Assembly: GCA_963822965.1 (NCBI GenBank)
Contig: CAWGJT010000001.1
Coordinates: 32,001 to 96,000, forward strand
Length of the DNA: 64,000 nt
Reading direction: 5' to 3'
DNA from: an uncultured delta proteobacterium
GTDB lineage: Bacteria > Myxococcota_A > UBA9160 > UBA4427
Position numbers and translations under genes: made by a program. Position 1 is the first letter of the stretch, and the number at the start of each line of letters is the position of its first letter. The notes under the pieces were generated by a model. That model was not told the origin of the DNA. It saw only the letters and a list, made by a program, of their open reading frames with translations, and ran no database searches. Positions 21,218 to 37,713 of the stretch are shown piece after piece.

Positions 21218-21749
21218 CAGCCCTTCTTGTTGAACTTCTCGATGATCAGATCGGTGACGTCGAGCGCTTCCTTGGTGTACATGATGCCCGGCGCGTTGCG
21301 GTGGATGATCAGGGAGAAGCCCTCGTCGCGACCCACCTGCTCGACGATGTCGATCAGCTTCGTCGCGCAGCGGGCGCGATCAGCCGCTCCCGGTCCACCT
21401 GGAGCTGGCCCTGGATCTCCTTGCGCTTGTTCTCGATCGTGTTCTGCAGCTCCGCCATGTCGAGCTGCTTCTGGAAGCGGGCGTCGTCGGAGAGGACGAA
21501 CTTCTTCGCCTCGAACTCCTTGAGCCCCTCCTGGTACTGCTCCATCAACGGGATCAGCGTGTTCTCCGCCTGCCGCTTCTTGCGGTCGAACTCCTCGCGC
21601 GCCGCACGCCCTTCGTTGGTGGACGTGATGGCCTGGTCGAGGTCGACGACGCCGATCTTGAGCTTCTCCTCCTTGGCGCCCATCCCCCACAGCAGCAGCG
21701 CGAGGGCGGCGGCGCCGATCAGGAGGCGGTTGACGGATCGGTTCTGCAT
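21217..21749 (-). CDS. skp: OmpH/Skp periplasmic chaperone, frameshift near 21370
   Basis: Signal peptide, KIGVVDLDQAI, coiled coil, then IVEQVGRDEGFSLII...IMYTKEALDVTDLIIEKFN; follows bamA. Confidence 0.9.
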
Positions 21750-21915
21750 GGCGATTGCTCCTGCCTTTCTCAGTCTCGCGCGTTCTGTGCTCGTCAAGGC
21801 CCACGTTCCGGGCCGTCCTGCGACGAGGTCGACGCAGCCATGTGCCCGTGCCGGTTCGACGCTGGACCGGCTGGCGGCTTCTTCGGGCGGGTCGCGGTCC
21901 GTGCAGTCCAGGGCA

Positions 21916-24900
21916 TCACTCGGCGAACCCGCCCACCGAGAACTCGAAGACGGGGCTCTTCTCGACCGAGAGGGGGTCGACCGGGAAGCCCAGCACGACC
22001 TGCAGGGGTCCGAAGGGGGAGAACCACAACACGCCGCCGCCGTAACCGTAGCGCCACTCGGCTAACGTCGAACAGGTTCTGCCTCTCGTAGAAGGCGTTG
22101 CCGCATGTCGAGGAAGAGGATGCCCATGAGGCCCGCGTCCTGGGAGATCGGGAACCGGTACTCGAGGCTGTTGGTGATGAAGCTGTTCCCGCCGATCACG
22201 TCGGTTTCCTTGAGGTCGTCGAAGTCGTCCGATCTTCTTGTCGCCGAGGCTGTTGCACTTGCCGTTCTGGTTGCCCTGGTTCGGGTTGAAGCCGGGGTGT
22301 CGGGATCCTTGCACGTCGTTGCAGACCGCCACGAGGCGCCCCTGCCCGTCGGTCGTGAGCTCGGTTCCCACGGGGAAGAAGAGCGGCCCGTCGCCCGAGC
22401 AGCTGATTCCGTCGCAGGATCGGTCGGCGCGGCCCCACCGAGCGCGCCTTGTAGCCGCGAAGCTGGAAGGAGCCGATGCCGCCGAGGAAGTAGCGATCGG
22501 ACAGCGGCAGCTTGACGTCCGTGTCGATGTCGTCGAGGTTCGCGACGTTGACGCAGCGCGACTCGTTGTCGCAGGGGGTCACCTCGGGCAGGTCGAGGTT
22601 GTAGTCGCCGATGGTGTTGAACGGCAGCGCGTAGCCGATCTTGCTGGACCACACGAAGGCCGAGCGCTCGAACATCCAGGTCGGGCGCCGCCAGGTAGTA
22701 CGCGAAGCGGCCCTCGCCGCGCAGGTAGTTGGCGAAGCCGCCGAGCCCCGCGTACTCGAGGGTCGCGCCGTAGCTCGACCCGGAGGTCGGCGCGAAGCGG
22801 TCGTCCCGTGTGTCGCTCCGGAACGAGAGACCCACCAGGCTGGTGCTCTCGTTCTTCTGCAGGATCTCGCGGAACAGCGGCGCCGACGTGTTGACGTTGG
22901 ACTGCTGCTTGACGCGTCGCTCCGCGAAGCTGTAGTTGAGGAAGCCGCGGGCGGTGTTGTCCTCGCGCAGCGCGTGGCCGAGGGTGAGGTCGACGCCCTG
23001 CTGGTCCTGCTCGAAGTCCTGGAAGCGCACCGTGGTGATGAAGCCCGTGACGCCCAGGCTGAAGGTCGGAGTCGAGGAAGTAGGGATCGGTCAGCGAGAG
23101 GAAGAAGCGCGAGGTCCGCCCGCCGTACTCCCCGGTCAGGTTGACCCCGTAGCCGCGTCCGAAGGCGTTGGTGTTGTTGAGGGACGCGCTGAGCACGAAC
23201 TTGTCCTGGGACGAGAAGCCGGCGCCGAAGCTGAAGGCGCCGGTCGGACGCTCGACCACGCCGACCTCGAGGTCGAGCTGGGCCGGATCGTCGGTGGGCT
23301 TGGGGTCGAAGGAGACGTCCTCGAAGTAGCCCAGGCGGCGCACCCGCGTATTGGAGAGCTGGATCGCGCGGGCCGAGTAGAGCTGCCCCTCGACCATCCG
23401 CATCTCGCGCCGGACCACCGGGTCGACCGTGCGGGTGTTGCCGGCGATCTCGATGTGGCGGATGAAGTAGAGGGGCCCCTTCTTGACCTGGAAGTCCACG
23501 TCCACGGTGAGCGCTTCGGGGTCGAGGCGCGTCGCCGGGGTGACCCGCGCGAAGTAGAAGCCCCGATCCGTGTAGAAGCGCTCGAGCCCCTCGACGTCCA
23601 CGGTGAGGTACGAGCGGTTGAAGGTCTTCCCCTCCTCGAGGCGCAGCTTCTTGCGCAGGGCGTCGAGGTCGATCGTGGGGTCGCCGGTGACGGCGAGTCG
23701 CCGACCTGGAACTGGGGGCCCTCGTGGATGCTGGACCTGTCACGTAGAGGCCGTCCTCGCGCGGCTCGACGTCGGGCTCGCCGACCTCGACCTGCAGGTA
23801 GCCGTGGTCGGTGTACAGCTTCTCGACGCTCTGGATGTCGCGGATGAAGATCGGCTCCGAATAGGTGCCGGCCTTGGTGAACCAGCTCGTGAGCGTCGAC
23901 CACACCGGGATCCAGGTCTTCGTCTCGAAGCCCTCGGTGAGCTCCTTGGCGGTGAAGGCCTCGTTGCCCTCGAAGATGATCTCCTCGAGGTGCAGCTTCT
24001 CGTTCTCCTTGACGTCGAAGTTGATCGAGATGCTGCCCTCGCGCAGGGGCTCGATCTCGTAGCTCACCTCGGCGAGGTAGTAGCCCTCCGCGCGGTAGAG
24101 GGCCTCGATGCGCGCGGTGTTCTCGCGCAGCAGGGGATAGTCGAGGGTCGAGCCGGTGGTGAGGGTGAGCGCGTCGCGGATCTTGTCGCTCTCGATCTTG
24201 TCGTTGCCCGAGATCGAGATCTGCCGGATCACCGGATTCTCCTCGACCTCGAAGGTGAGGATGATCCCGTCCGGCCCCTTGTCGGAGTAGACCTGGACGT
24301 TGCGAGAAGAAGCCCAGCCCGAAGACCTCCTGGACGTCCGAGGCGACCTGCGCCGGGCGGAGGGGGCTGCCGGGCCGGGTGCCGATGCGGGCGCAGGATG
24401 GCGTCCGCCTCGATGCGCTTGTTCCCGCGCACCCGGACCTCGGCGACCACCTCCCCCTGGTCCTCCACCGCCTGCTCGCCGAAGATCATCTCGGCGCGCA
24501 CGACGTTGAAGCGGAGAGTCGACCCCTTCGGCCGCGAGGTCCGTATCCAGGGTGACCGACGCCACGCCGGGATTGCGCGACCAGCCTGGCGCGGGCCGCC
24601 TCGGCCTGCTCGGGGTCGTAGAGGTCACCCGGCAGGATGCCGACCTGCTGCTGCAGCTCGCCGGCCAGGTCGCCGGCGCCCAGCACCTGGACCGCCGTGA
24701 CGAGGCTCGGGGCCACGCCCGCCAGGGTGGACGTGACGCGTCCCGCCAGCTCGTCGAGCCGGCCGAGCAGCTCCTCCTCGTTGGCCGTCGTCATGACGAT
24801 GGTCTGGCTGCGCGGCCCCTCGCGCGGGAGTGACCCGGGCGTCGAGGCTGAAGCGCCCGGCCAGCTCGGTGAGGCTGCCGCTCACCACCGCGACGGCTCC

Positions 24901-25442
24901 CAGCCGATTCGCGATGTTGCGGAGCTGGGCGTCGGAGAGATCGGACTCCGGGCTGCCGACGAGCACCGACTTGACCTCGTTCGGCCGGCACCGCGGCGAA
25001 CTCGCCGGTGGCGTCGAGACGCGTGCCGCGAGCAGGTCGGACAGCGATTCCGTCAGGTAGCCCAGGGGTCGCGCGCTGTGGATCCGGAACGGCAGCACGG
25101 CGATGCGCCGGACCGGCGCGGCCGGCAGCCCGCGTTCGCGGGCGCGTCCGAGGCCGGCAGCCGGGGCGGCCGAAGTCCCGCGGCCGGAGCGGCCGAAGCC
25201 CCGGCGGCCGCAGCCGGCCGACGCCTCCGCGGTCGCAGCCGGCGTGCCCGCCGTGCGTCGCGCGTCGGGGCGTCCTCGCGGTGGCTGCCGCGTGGCCTCG
25301 GTCGGGGCGCGGGAACGGCCGCGGGCGCCTCGCCCTGGGCCGCCGCGGGCCCGCATACCAGCAGGCTGCCGAGTACCAGCGCCGGAACGAGGATCGCGCG
25401 AAGACCGACGAGGGCCCGATGATCGGTCTGGCGGGCACGCAT
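21916..25442 (-). CDS. bamA: Outer membrane protein assembly factor BamA with N-terminal extension, many frameshifts
   Basis: POTRA motifs VRVRGNKRIEADAI, VEENPVIRQISISGND, YRAEGYY, IIFEGNEAF, YTDHGY, IEIAGNTRTVDPVVRRE, LGYFEDV; barrel NAFGRG, LTDPYFLD, YFLGGIGSFQLRGY, SPFGPL, FEFSVG. Confidence 0.93.
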
Positions 25443-25464
25443 CAGTCGACCGCTCGTCCCCCGC

Positions 25465-29724
<4,260 letters not shown>

Positions 29725-29767
29725 CCGTCTCCTCGACCCCTCCGCGGGGGACGACCCTGGCTCCACT

Positions 29768-30907
<1,140 letters not shown>

Positions 30908-30911
<4 letters not shown>

Positions 30912-32580
30912 GCGCCTCTCTCTTCCTCTTCCTCTTCCGTGTTCTCGCGTCTTCGTCCGTCTTCGAGGCTCGCCGCACCCCGGCGCCCCAGCCGGACCCC
31001 GAGCCCGAGGCCGAGCAACGCCAGCCAGCACCCGTACGCGAAGACGTCCCCGTGGCGCACGTAGAAGGTGCTCGCCGGAACCCGACTCGAGCGGGACGTC
31101 GGCGACGAGCAGCGTGCGTTCGAAGATCGGCGTCTGCTGGCGGACCCACCCCCCGAGTCGATCACCGCCGATACCCCCGTGTTGGCCGCCCGGACGAGGA
31201 CGACACCGGTCTCCGCCGAGCGCATCGCCGTGATCGCCAGGAACTGGTAGGGGGCCCCGGTCCTCCCGTACCAGGCGTCGTTCGTGATCGCCGAAGAGCA
31301 GGCTGCTGCCGTCGGCCACGAATCGCCGCACCAGATCCGGGAACAGCAGTTCATAGCAGATCGGCACGCCCACCTTCACGACGCGCTCCCGCGGCGTCCC
31401 CTCCCACAGCCGCACCGGGATCGCTCGGGGCGCCGGCCCCGGCGTCACGTCTCCGCTGGTGATGCCGCTGGCCACCGCGCCGAGGAATCCGCCGAGGAGG
31501 TCGCGCAGGGGCACGTACTCCCCGAAGGGTACGAGATGGCTCTTGTCGTAGCGAAGCACGAAGCCTTCCTCGGGCTGCACGAGGAAGGCGCTGTCGTAGA
31601 AGCGGGCGATGCGGCCCGCGTCGTCGACGTCGACCCCGACGCTGCCCACCACGAAGGTCGCGCCGGTCTCGCGCGCCAGCGCCGCGATGCGCGCCCGCAG
31701 CGCCGGCGTCGACCTCGACGGCGCCGGGGACCGCGGTCTCGGGCCAGACCACCACGTCGGCGCCCTGGGCGACGGCCTGGCGGGAGAGATCCTCGTAGAC
31801 CTGGAGCGTGCGTTCGACCCACGCCGCGTTCCACTTCACGCCCTGGTCGATGTTGCCCTGGATCGCGGCCACGCGGACGGTCTCTCCCGCCCCGCCCGGC
31901 TCCTGCGGCCGGACCCGGGTCGCGAAGCCGGCGACGTGCAGCAACAGGACGGCCGCGAGCGCCAGCAGGCTCGACGCGTGCGGGCGAAGCCCCCGGCGCA
32001 GGTCCCGCGCCGCCTCGCCCAGGGCGACACCGCCGAGCACCACCGCGAAGGACAGCCCGTAGACGCCCGTCCACTGGGCCAGGCCGAGGAGGGCGGGGTT
32101 CAGGTGCTGCGCGTAGCCCAGGGTCGCCCAGGGCCAGCCCGAGAGGGCCATCGAACGCAGGTGATCGAGCGCCGTCCACAGCAGGGCCGCCGTCCAGGCG
32201 TTGGCCGCCTCCCGGGCGCGCAGCCAGGCCCAGCCGGCGCCGAACAGGGCGGCGAGGCAGGCGGCGTACGTGGCGAGCAGGAACGGCGCGACCACGCCCA
32301 CGAGCGCGGGGGCGTGGCCGTAGTAGACCGTCACCACGTAGATGAAGTGCAGGACGGCCCCGTGTGCGAGCACGGTCCACCCGAAGGCCGCGGCCGCGGC
32401 GGCACGAGGCGCCCGATCACCCAGCCCGTTCACCAGACACAGGGGCACCAGCAGGCTCGCGAGAAGGCCCAGGTCGAGCACCCGGCCCCCGGCGAACGGG
32501 AGGGGATGCGGAAACGCCAGGAAGGTGGCCACCACGTAGCCGATCATCCATGCGCGGCGCGCCCGGGTCGGCGTCGTCAC
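30908..32580 (-). CDS. lnt: Apolipoprotein N-acyltransferase, frameshifts near 31700, 31290 and 31150
   Basis: TM segment, [74 protein letters not shown]...[13 protein letters not shown]. Confidence 0.95.
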
Positions 32581-33026
32581 CGTGCCCCTCGCAACGCGCG
32601 GCGCACCCGGCGCTCCTCGGCCCGCATCCGCCGGGCCTCGCCGGGCGCTTCGTGATCGTGTCCCAGCAGGTGGAGGACGCCGTGCACCAGCAGCCGCTCG
32701 AGCTCGTCGGCGAGGGACCGGTGTCGTTCCCGGGCCTGGCGGGCGGCGGTGTCCACGTCGATCACGACGTCGCCGAGCAGGCGCCCCCGATGTTCCGCGG
32801 CCTCGCCGGACACGAGCGAGAACGAGAGCACGTCCGTGGGGCGGTCGATTCCCCGGTAGTCTCGATTGAGCCGCTGCATCTCGTCGTCGTCGACGAGGGA
32901 GAGGGAGAGCTCGGCACGGGAGTGGCCGACCGCGCGCAAGACCTGCTGCGCGCGGGCCCGCAGTGCGCCCGGGTCGACCCTCGATCCGCACGCCCCCCGC
33001 GGCGGACCACTCAGGCGAACGCTCAT
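32577..33026 (-). CDS. ybeY: rRNA maturation RNase YbeY
   Basis: LNRDYRGIDRPTDVLSF, LGDVVI, VHGVLHLLGHDH (HxxxHxxGxDH). Confidence 0.96.
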   Translation of the reverse strand: MSVRLSGPPRGACGSRVDPGALRARAQQVLRAVGHSRAELSLSLVDDDEMQRLNRDYRGIDRPTDVLSFSLVSGEAAEHRGRLLGDVVIDVDTAARQARERHRSLADELERLLVHGVLHLLGHDHEAPGEARRMRAEERRVRRALRGAR

Positions 33027-34051
33027 CCGGATGCTTCGCGGTCTCGGCGTTCTTCGCGGGCGGCCTCTCGCTCGCGCTTCAGCCGTCCCTCGTGCCGGTC
33101 GTAGGCGCGGATGATGGACTGGACGAGCGGATGCCGTACCACGTCCGCCTCCTCGAAGCGCTGGAACGCCACCCCTTCCACGCCCTCCAGCACGTCGATC
33201 ACCTCCAGCAGCCCGCTGCGCGCGTCCTGGGCGAGGTCGGTCTGGGTGACGTCGCCGGTGATCACGGCCTTCGAGCTGTAGCCCAGCCTCGTGAGCAGCA
33301 TCTTCATCTGCTCCGGCGTCGTGTTCTGGGCTTCGTCCAGGATGACGAACGAGTCGTTCAGGGTGCGCCCGCGCATGAAGGCGAGAGGCGCCACCTCGAT
33401 CACGCCCCGCTCGAGAAGACGCTCGACGCGTTCGAACTCCATCATGTCGTGCAGGGCGTCGTAGAGCGGCCGCATGTACGGGTTGACCTTCTCGGCCAGA
33501 TCGCCGGGAAGGAAGCCCAGGCGCTCGCCGGCCTCCACCGCCGGACGCGTGAGCACGACCCGGGACACCTCGTGCCGGTTCAGGGCCGCGATGGCCATGG
33601 CCATCGCGAGGTAGGTCTTGCCCGTGCCCGCCGGACCGACCGCGATCACCACGTCGTGCGCGCGCATCAGGTCGACGTAGTTGCGTTGGGCGAGATTCTT
33701 GGCGCGCAGCTTCCGGCGCGAGCCGACGGAGGCCAGGATGTCCTCGGTGACCTCCTGGAGGTCGACGTCCGGCACCGCCGTCACCATCCGGATCGCCTCG
33801 CGCACGTCGCGCGCGGAGACGTTCTGTCCACCCCGGAGGCACGCGTAGAGCTCCTCGAGCACCTTCCGGGCGGTGGCGACCGCCGCCTCCGGACCGACGA
33901 GGCGCACCTCGTTGCCCCGGGCGTGGGCGTCGATCCCGAGCTCCTGCTCCAGGATCCGCAGGGTGCGGTCGCCCTGGCCGTAGAGCTCCGCGGCCATGTG
34001 GTTGTCGTCGAAGACGAGACTCTGTCGGGTGCTGGCTCGGGGTTGTGCCAG
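33023..34051 (-). CDS. phoH: PhoH-like ATPase (YbeZ); start uncertain (CTG 34051 with GGAG, or ATG 33997)
   Basis: [77 protein letters not shown]. Confidence 0.96.
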   Translation of the reverse strand: MAQPRASTRQSLVFDDNHMAAELYGQGDRTLRILEQELGIDAHARGNEVRLVGPEAAVATARKVLEELYACLRGGQNVSARDVREAIRMVTAVPDVDLQEVTEDILASVGSRRKLRAKNLAQRNYVDLMRAHDVVIAVGPAGTGKTYLAMAMAIAALNRHEVSRVVLTRPAVEAGERLGFLPGDLAEKVNPYMRPLYDALHDMMEFERVERLLERGVIEVAPLAFMRGRTLNDSFVILDEAQNTTPEQMKMLLTRLGYSSKAVITGDVTQTDLAQDARSGLLEVIDVLEGVEGVAFQRFEEADVVRHPLVQSIIRAYDRHEGRLKREREAAREERRDREASG

Positions 34052-34095
34052 GGGTGGCTCCGCAGCTCGGATGGCTTGGCCTGGGGGCGTTGGGC

Positions 34096-35220
34096 TCAGC
34101 GCGCCGGAGCGAGTAGCACGTAGCCGCCCCCACGCCGCGCGTAATAGTAGGGATCGCGGTCGGCGGACGTCAACGCATCCCCGTCCAGCAGACCGGTCGG
34201 ATCGTCCCCCGAGATGTCGGCGGGCCAGCTGCCCGTCAGCAGCCTTCCCGCCTCGAGGGCCTGCTGCACGCGGCGCTTCTCGAAGGCCACCCGCGCGTCC
34301 TCGAGGGGCGTGCGAACGATCGGGAACACCGTGGCGACCTCGGCCGTGGGCTGCACGTGCACGATTCCCGAGACCACACCCGCGAGCAGCGCCATGGGGA
34401 CGGACGCCGCCACCAGCCAGCGCACCCGGGACAGGATCGGCGCAAGCGACTCCTCGCTGCCGCGACGTCGCGCCCGCGCCTGCCGCTTCGAGAGGGGCGC
34501 GATGACGTTGTGGCTGTGCAGCTCGGCCAGGGCCCGGGTCGCGTCGAAGAGTCCGAGCCGCGAGAGGTCGATGATCCGCTGCGCGGTCAGCCGGCCGTCC
34601 ACCAGCCCGTAGACGCGCTCCACGGTGGGGAAACGCCGCTTGGCCTCGCCGGCGAGGTCGCGCTTGTAGAGCGTCAGGGGGCCGCTGCGCTCGAAGACCG
34701 TGTCTCCGTCCGGCACCAGGGCCGCGAAGGTCTGCCACTCGTCGACCATGCGCAGGCCGTCCATCAGGATCTGCTCGGCGGCCAGCAGCTTGTCCTCTGG
34801 GCGGTCGTGGCGGACGGGTTGGGCGGAGAAGTCGAACGAGCCCTCGGACCAGCGCAGCACGATGAAGATCGTCTCGTGGGTGACGAGCTCGTCGATCTGG
34901 CTGGCGTCCTCCGCGCTGACGTCGCCCGAGTCGACCGCGAGCGAGGCGACGGTGCGGGCCGAGCCGGTGCTCTCGGCACGCAGGGCCTCGAGCCTCGCCT
35001 GGGTGATCAGCCCGCAGCGGACCAGCCGCTCCCCCAGCACCGCGTCCTCGCCCCCCTCGACGGGGCGTCCCCAGACGACCCGGCCGGCGTCGAACGCGAG
35101 TCGCACCGTCTTGCCGCCGTGGGTGACGTCGAGCAGACCCGTCTTGCGCTGCTGGCCGATGAGCTGGAAGACCTCGGCGATCCCGAAGTCCTGCAGGTTG
35201 CCGCGCAGAGCGACCGACAT
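34096..35220 (-). CDS. DUF4388 (PATAN-like) domain protein with single C-terminal TM
   Basis: ALRGNLQDFGIAEVFQLIGQQRKTGLL, LGERLVRCGLIT, LRWSEGSFDF, ILMDGLRMVDEW; TM WLVAASVPMALLAGVVSGIV near the C-terminus. Confidence 0.85.
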   Translation of the reverse strand: MSVALRGNLQDFGIAEVFQLIGQQRKTGLLDVTHGGKTVRLAFDAGRVVWGRPVEGGEDAVLGERLVRCGLITQARLEALRAESTGSARTVASLAVDSGDVSAEDASQIDELVTHETIFIVLRWSEGSFDFSAQPVRHDRPEDKLLAAEQILMDGLRMVDEWQTFAALVPDGDTVFERSGPLTLYKRDLAGEAKRRFPTVERVYGLVDGRLTAQRIIDLSRLGLFDATRALAELHSHNVIAPLSKRQARARRRGSEESLAPILSRVRWLVAASVPMALLAGVVSGIVHVQPTAEVATVFPIVRTPLEDARVAFEKRRVQQALEAGRLLTGSWPADISGDDPTGLLDGDALTSADRDPYYYARRGGGYVLLAPAR

Positions 35221-37139
35221 CAGAGGTTCCTCCGGATCAGGAGCCCGACGAAGACCACGAGCGCGTAGCCGACCAGCGAGCACGCTCCCGCCACCGCGAA
35301 GAGCAGCGGGCCCGCGCCTCCGATCGCGAGGGGGTCGACGACCACGCCGTCCCGACACAGATACAGGATCGCCGCCCACGAGAAGAAGAAGAGGCCGAGG
35401 AAGGAGAGATCGGGACGCCGCGCCAGCAGGCCGCCGACTCCGGGCACGAGGAGCGAGGCGGCGACCGCCATCTTCCCGATGCGGGACTCCCGCTTCTTCA
35501 GCTGCGACAGCCGCGCCATGCGCATGCGCGGGTCGGTCGTCTCGGGTCGGTGGAAGAGGTGGTGGCAGCCGTCGCAGATCTGGCTGTTCCACACCGTGCC
35601 GTCGCAGCGGTTGCAGATGCGACGCCCGCAACGGCGGCAGCTGCTCGAGTGCTCCCAGCGCCCGCCGAAGAGGAGGCCGAGCAGTGCCGCGGCGCCGAAG
35701 CCCCCCGCCGTCCAGGTCCAGTCGCGTCCCAGCCGGCCCGGCATGACGGCGCTCGAGACGGGGTCGACGAAGCGATCCCCGCCCGCGCTCTGGATCATGC
35801 GATCGCGGATGGGACCCAGCGGAAAGGCCGGGTCGGCGACGAAGTCGGGGGCGGCCGTGCGCGACAGGTCCGCCACCACGTCGGGATCGACGACCTGCGC
35901 CTGGGCCATCGCCCCTTCGAACTCCTCCATCTGGAACGAACGGGCGTACACCTGGGAGAGATTGAAGAGGACCGTGGCGGAGCGAACCAGGGAGGCCGCA
36001 CGCTCGCCCAGCTCGATGGAGCGCTCGTTCTCGTCGCGCTCGAAGTGCATGTTCGAGAGCACCGCCAGCACGACCGGGTCGGACGGCCTCTCCTTGTGGA
36101 GCTGCTCGTAGCGCGCCATGGCCGCGTCGGCGTCGCCCGCCCGCCGCTCGTGGAGGGCCAGCGCGGCGGACGCCAGCCAGTCGTCGTCCGCGTGCTGCAG
36201 GATGTCGAGGTCCGAGGGCGAGGTCATGCTGCGCACGACGGCGTACGCCGCGGAGGCGACGGGATCCGAGTCGAGTGCGGTGAGCGCCATGCCCGCCAGG
36301 CGCGTCACCGGATAGAGACCCAGCAGGAGCATCACCGCGGCCAGGGCCAGCGCCCGGCGGTAGCCCCGCTCGCGGTACGCGAAGCCCAGCAGGAAGAAGC
36401 CCAGCACGAGACCCAGGAAGGCTTCCCCGAGCAGCACCGGCACGAGCAGCAGGGAGGCGAGCAGCGCCGCGCGCGCGAACTCCGGCATCTGCTTCGAGAA
36501 GAGATCGCCCAGGTCGTGGGACGCTCGGTGGAAGCAGCCCGCACCCACCCAGAGGATGAAGGCGAACGACCCGAGGGTCAGGACCGCCGCGAACATGGCG
36601 AGCAGCGAGCCGACCAGCCAGAGCGTGGCCTCGAGATTGTTCGGAATCGCCCGCACGCCCGCGACCACCTCGCGGCCGGCGTCGAGGTACTGCCCGTTCC
36701 GCCGCAGGGCGTTCGCGAGCCGCATCCGCGCCAGCGGCAGGTCCGGCGCCATGCGCACGGCGAGCCGGGCGTTGGCGAGCCGGACGTCCTCGCTCCCGGG
36801 TGCCGCCAGCAGGGCTCGCGCGGCCGCTTCGTAGTTCGTGGCGCCGAGCCGGAGCGCCTGGGTACGCGCCTGCAGGGCGCGGCTCGAGAGATTCTCACCG
36901 CCGGCGAACCAGGCGCGCTCGACCTCGGATCGATAGCCGTCCTGACGAACGGCGACCGGGGGCAGGCCCGCGTCCGGGGACGCTTCGACCGGCGCGGCGA
37001 CGGCGACGCTCGCATCCCCGGCGCCGGGCGGCTCCTGGGCGGGCGCGGCTCCCGCCAGCACCATTGGCAGCGCGAGGAGGATCGGGAACGCCAGCGTTCC
37101 CGGACGCCGGAGAGGTCCTGCGAACACGAGCCGGGCCAT
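35220..37139 (-). CDS. Membrane protein with TPR-like repeats and a Cys-rich zinc-finger-like segment
   Basis: Signal-like N-terminus, TPR-like helices (LAVRMAPDL; VLFNLSQVY), several TM helices, CRRCGRRICNRC...ICDGCHH, C-terminal TMs (LLVPGVG). Confidence 0.7.
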   Translation of the reverse strand: MARLVFAGPLRRPGTLAFPILLALPMVLAGAAPAQEPPGAGDASVAVAAPVEASPDAGLPPVAVRQDGYRSEVERAWFAGGENLSSRALQARTQALRLGATNYEAAARALLAAPGSEDVRLANARLAVRMAPDLPLARMRLANALRRNGQYLDAGREVVAGVRAIPNNLEATLWLVGSLLAMFAAVLTLGSFAFILWVGAGCFHRASHDLGDLFSKQMPEFARAALLASLLLVPVLLGEAFLGLVLGFFLLGFAYRERGYRRALALAAVMLLLGLYPVTRLAGMALTALDSDPVASAAYAVVRSMTSPSDLDILQHADDDWLASAALALHERRAGDADAAMARYEQLHKERPSDPVVLAVLSNMHFERDENERSIELGERAASLVRSATVLFNLSQVYARSFQMEEFEGAMAQAQVVDPDVVADLSRTAAPDFVADPAFPLGPIRDRMIQSAGGDRFVDPVSSAVMPGRLGRDWTWTAGGFGAAALLGLLFGGRWEHSSSCRRCGRRICNRCDGTVWNSQICDGCHHLFHRPETTDPRMRMARLSQLKKRESRIGKMAVAASLLVPGVGGLLARRPDLSFLGLFFFSWAAILYLCRDGVVVDPLAIGGAGPLLFAVAGACSLVGYALVVFVGLLIRRNL

Positions 37140-37218
37140 GCTTCGAGCTGCTTCCAAGGTCGAGATCCCCTGCCTGACGCGCACCCCCGGCCCCTCGCGA
37201 GGGAGGCGCGTGCAGCGC

Positions 37219-37245
37219 GTATCGGCGCACCGGCCCCGGCGCTGA
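37219..37245 (-). promoter_or_regulatory. Putative sigma28 (FliA/WhiG)-type promoter
   Basis: Minus strand TCAG-N15-GCCGATAC, ~80 nt upstream of the ATG at 37139. Confidence 0.5.
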
Positions 37246-37304
37246 AACACCCGGGGGGAAGCGCCGCGTGGAAGTCGGGGGACCTCGAGGCGGGGATCGG
37301 GCCG

Positions 37305-37333
37305 CTGGCCCCCGTGAGAATGGAGGCTAGACT
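37305..37333 (+). promoter_or_regulatory. Possible sigma70 promoter of rpsT
   Basis: CTGGCC-N17-TAGACT followed by GC-rich discriminator CCGCCGCC; weak -35. Confidence 0.3.
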
Positions 37334-37378
37334 CCGCCGCCCTGCCCGACCGTTCGGGCCGAACCACGGAGTTCCGCC

Positions 37379-37648
37379 TTGGCCAATCACAAGTCCGCGG
37401 AGAAGCGCATCCGCCAGTCCGAGAAGCGCCGGGTGCACAACAAGAGCATCCGGACCGCCATGCGCACCGTCGTGAAGACCTGCCGCACGGCCCTCGAGTC
37501 CGACGACGCGGAGGCCGCGCGCGAGAAGTTTCGCGCCGCCGAGCGCTCCCTGCAGCAGGCCGCGAGCAAGGGAATCATCCCCAAGGCCCGCGCCGACCGG
37601 ACCGTGAGCCGCCTCGCGAAGCGCCTGCACAGCCTGGGCTCGCAGTAG
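37379..37648 (+). CDS. rpsT: 30S ribosomal protein S20 (TTG start)
   Basis: MANHKSAEKRIRQSEKRRVHNKS...SKGIIPKARADRTVSRL; GGAG upstream. Confidence 0.98.
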   Translation: MANHKSAEKRIRQSEKRRVHNKSIRTAMRTVVKTCRTALESDDAEAAREKFRAAERSLQQAASKGIIPKARADRTVSRLAKRLHSLGSQ

Positions 37649-37713
37649 GCAGGCCCCGCGCGACGGCTCCCAGGCCGCCGCCGACCCCCGATCCGGGGCC
37701 CGCCGGGTCCGCT

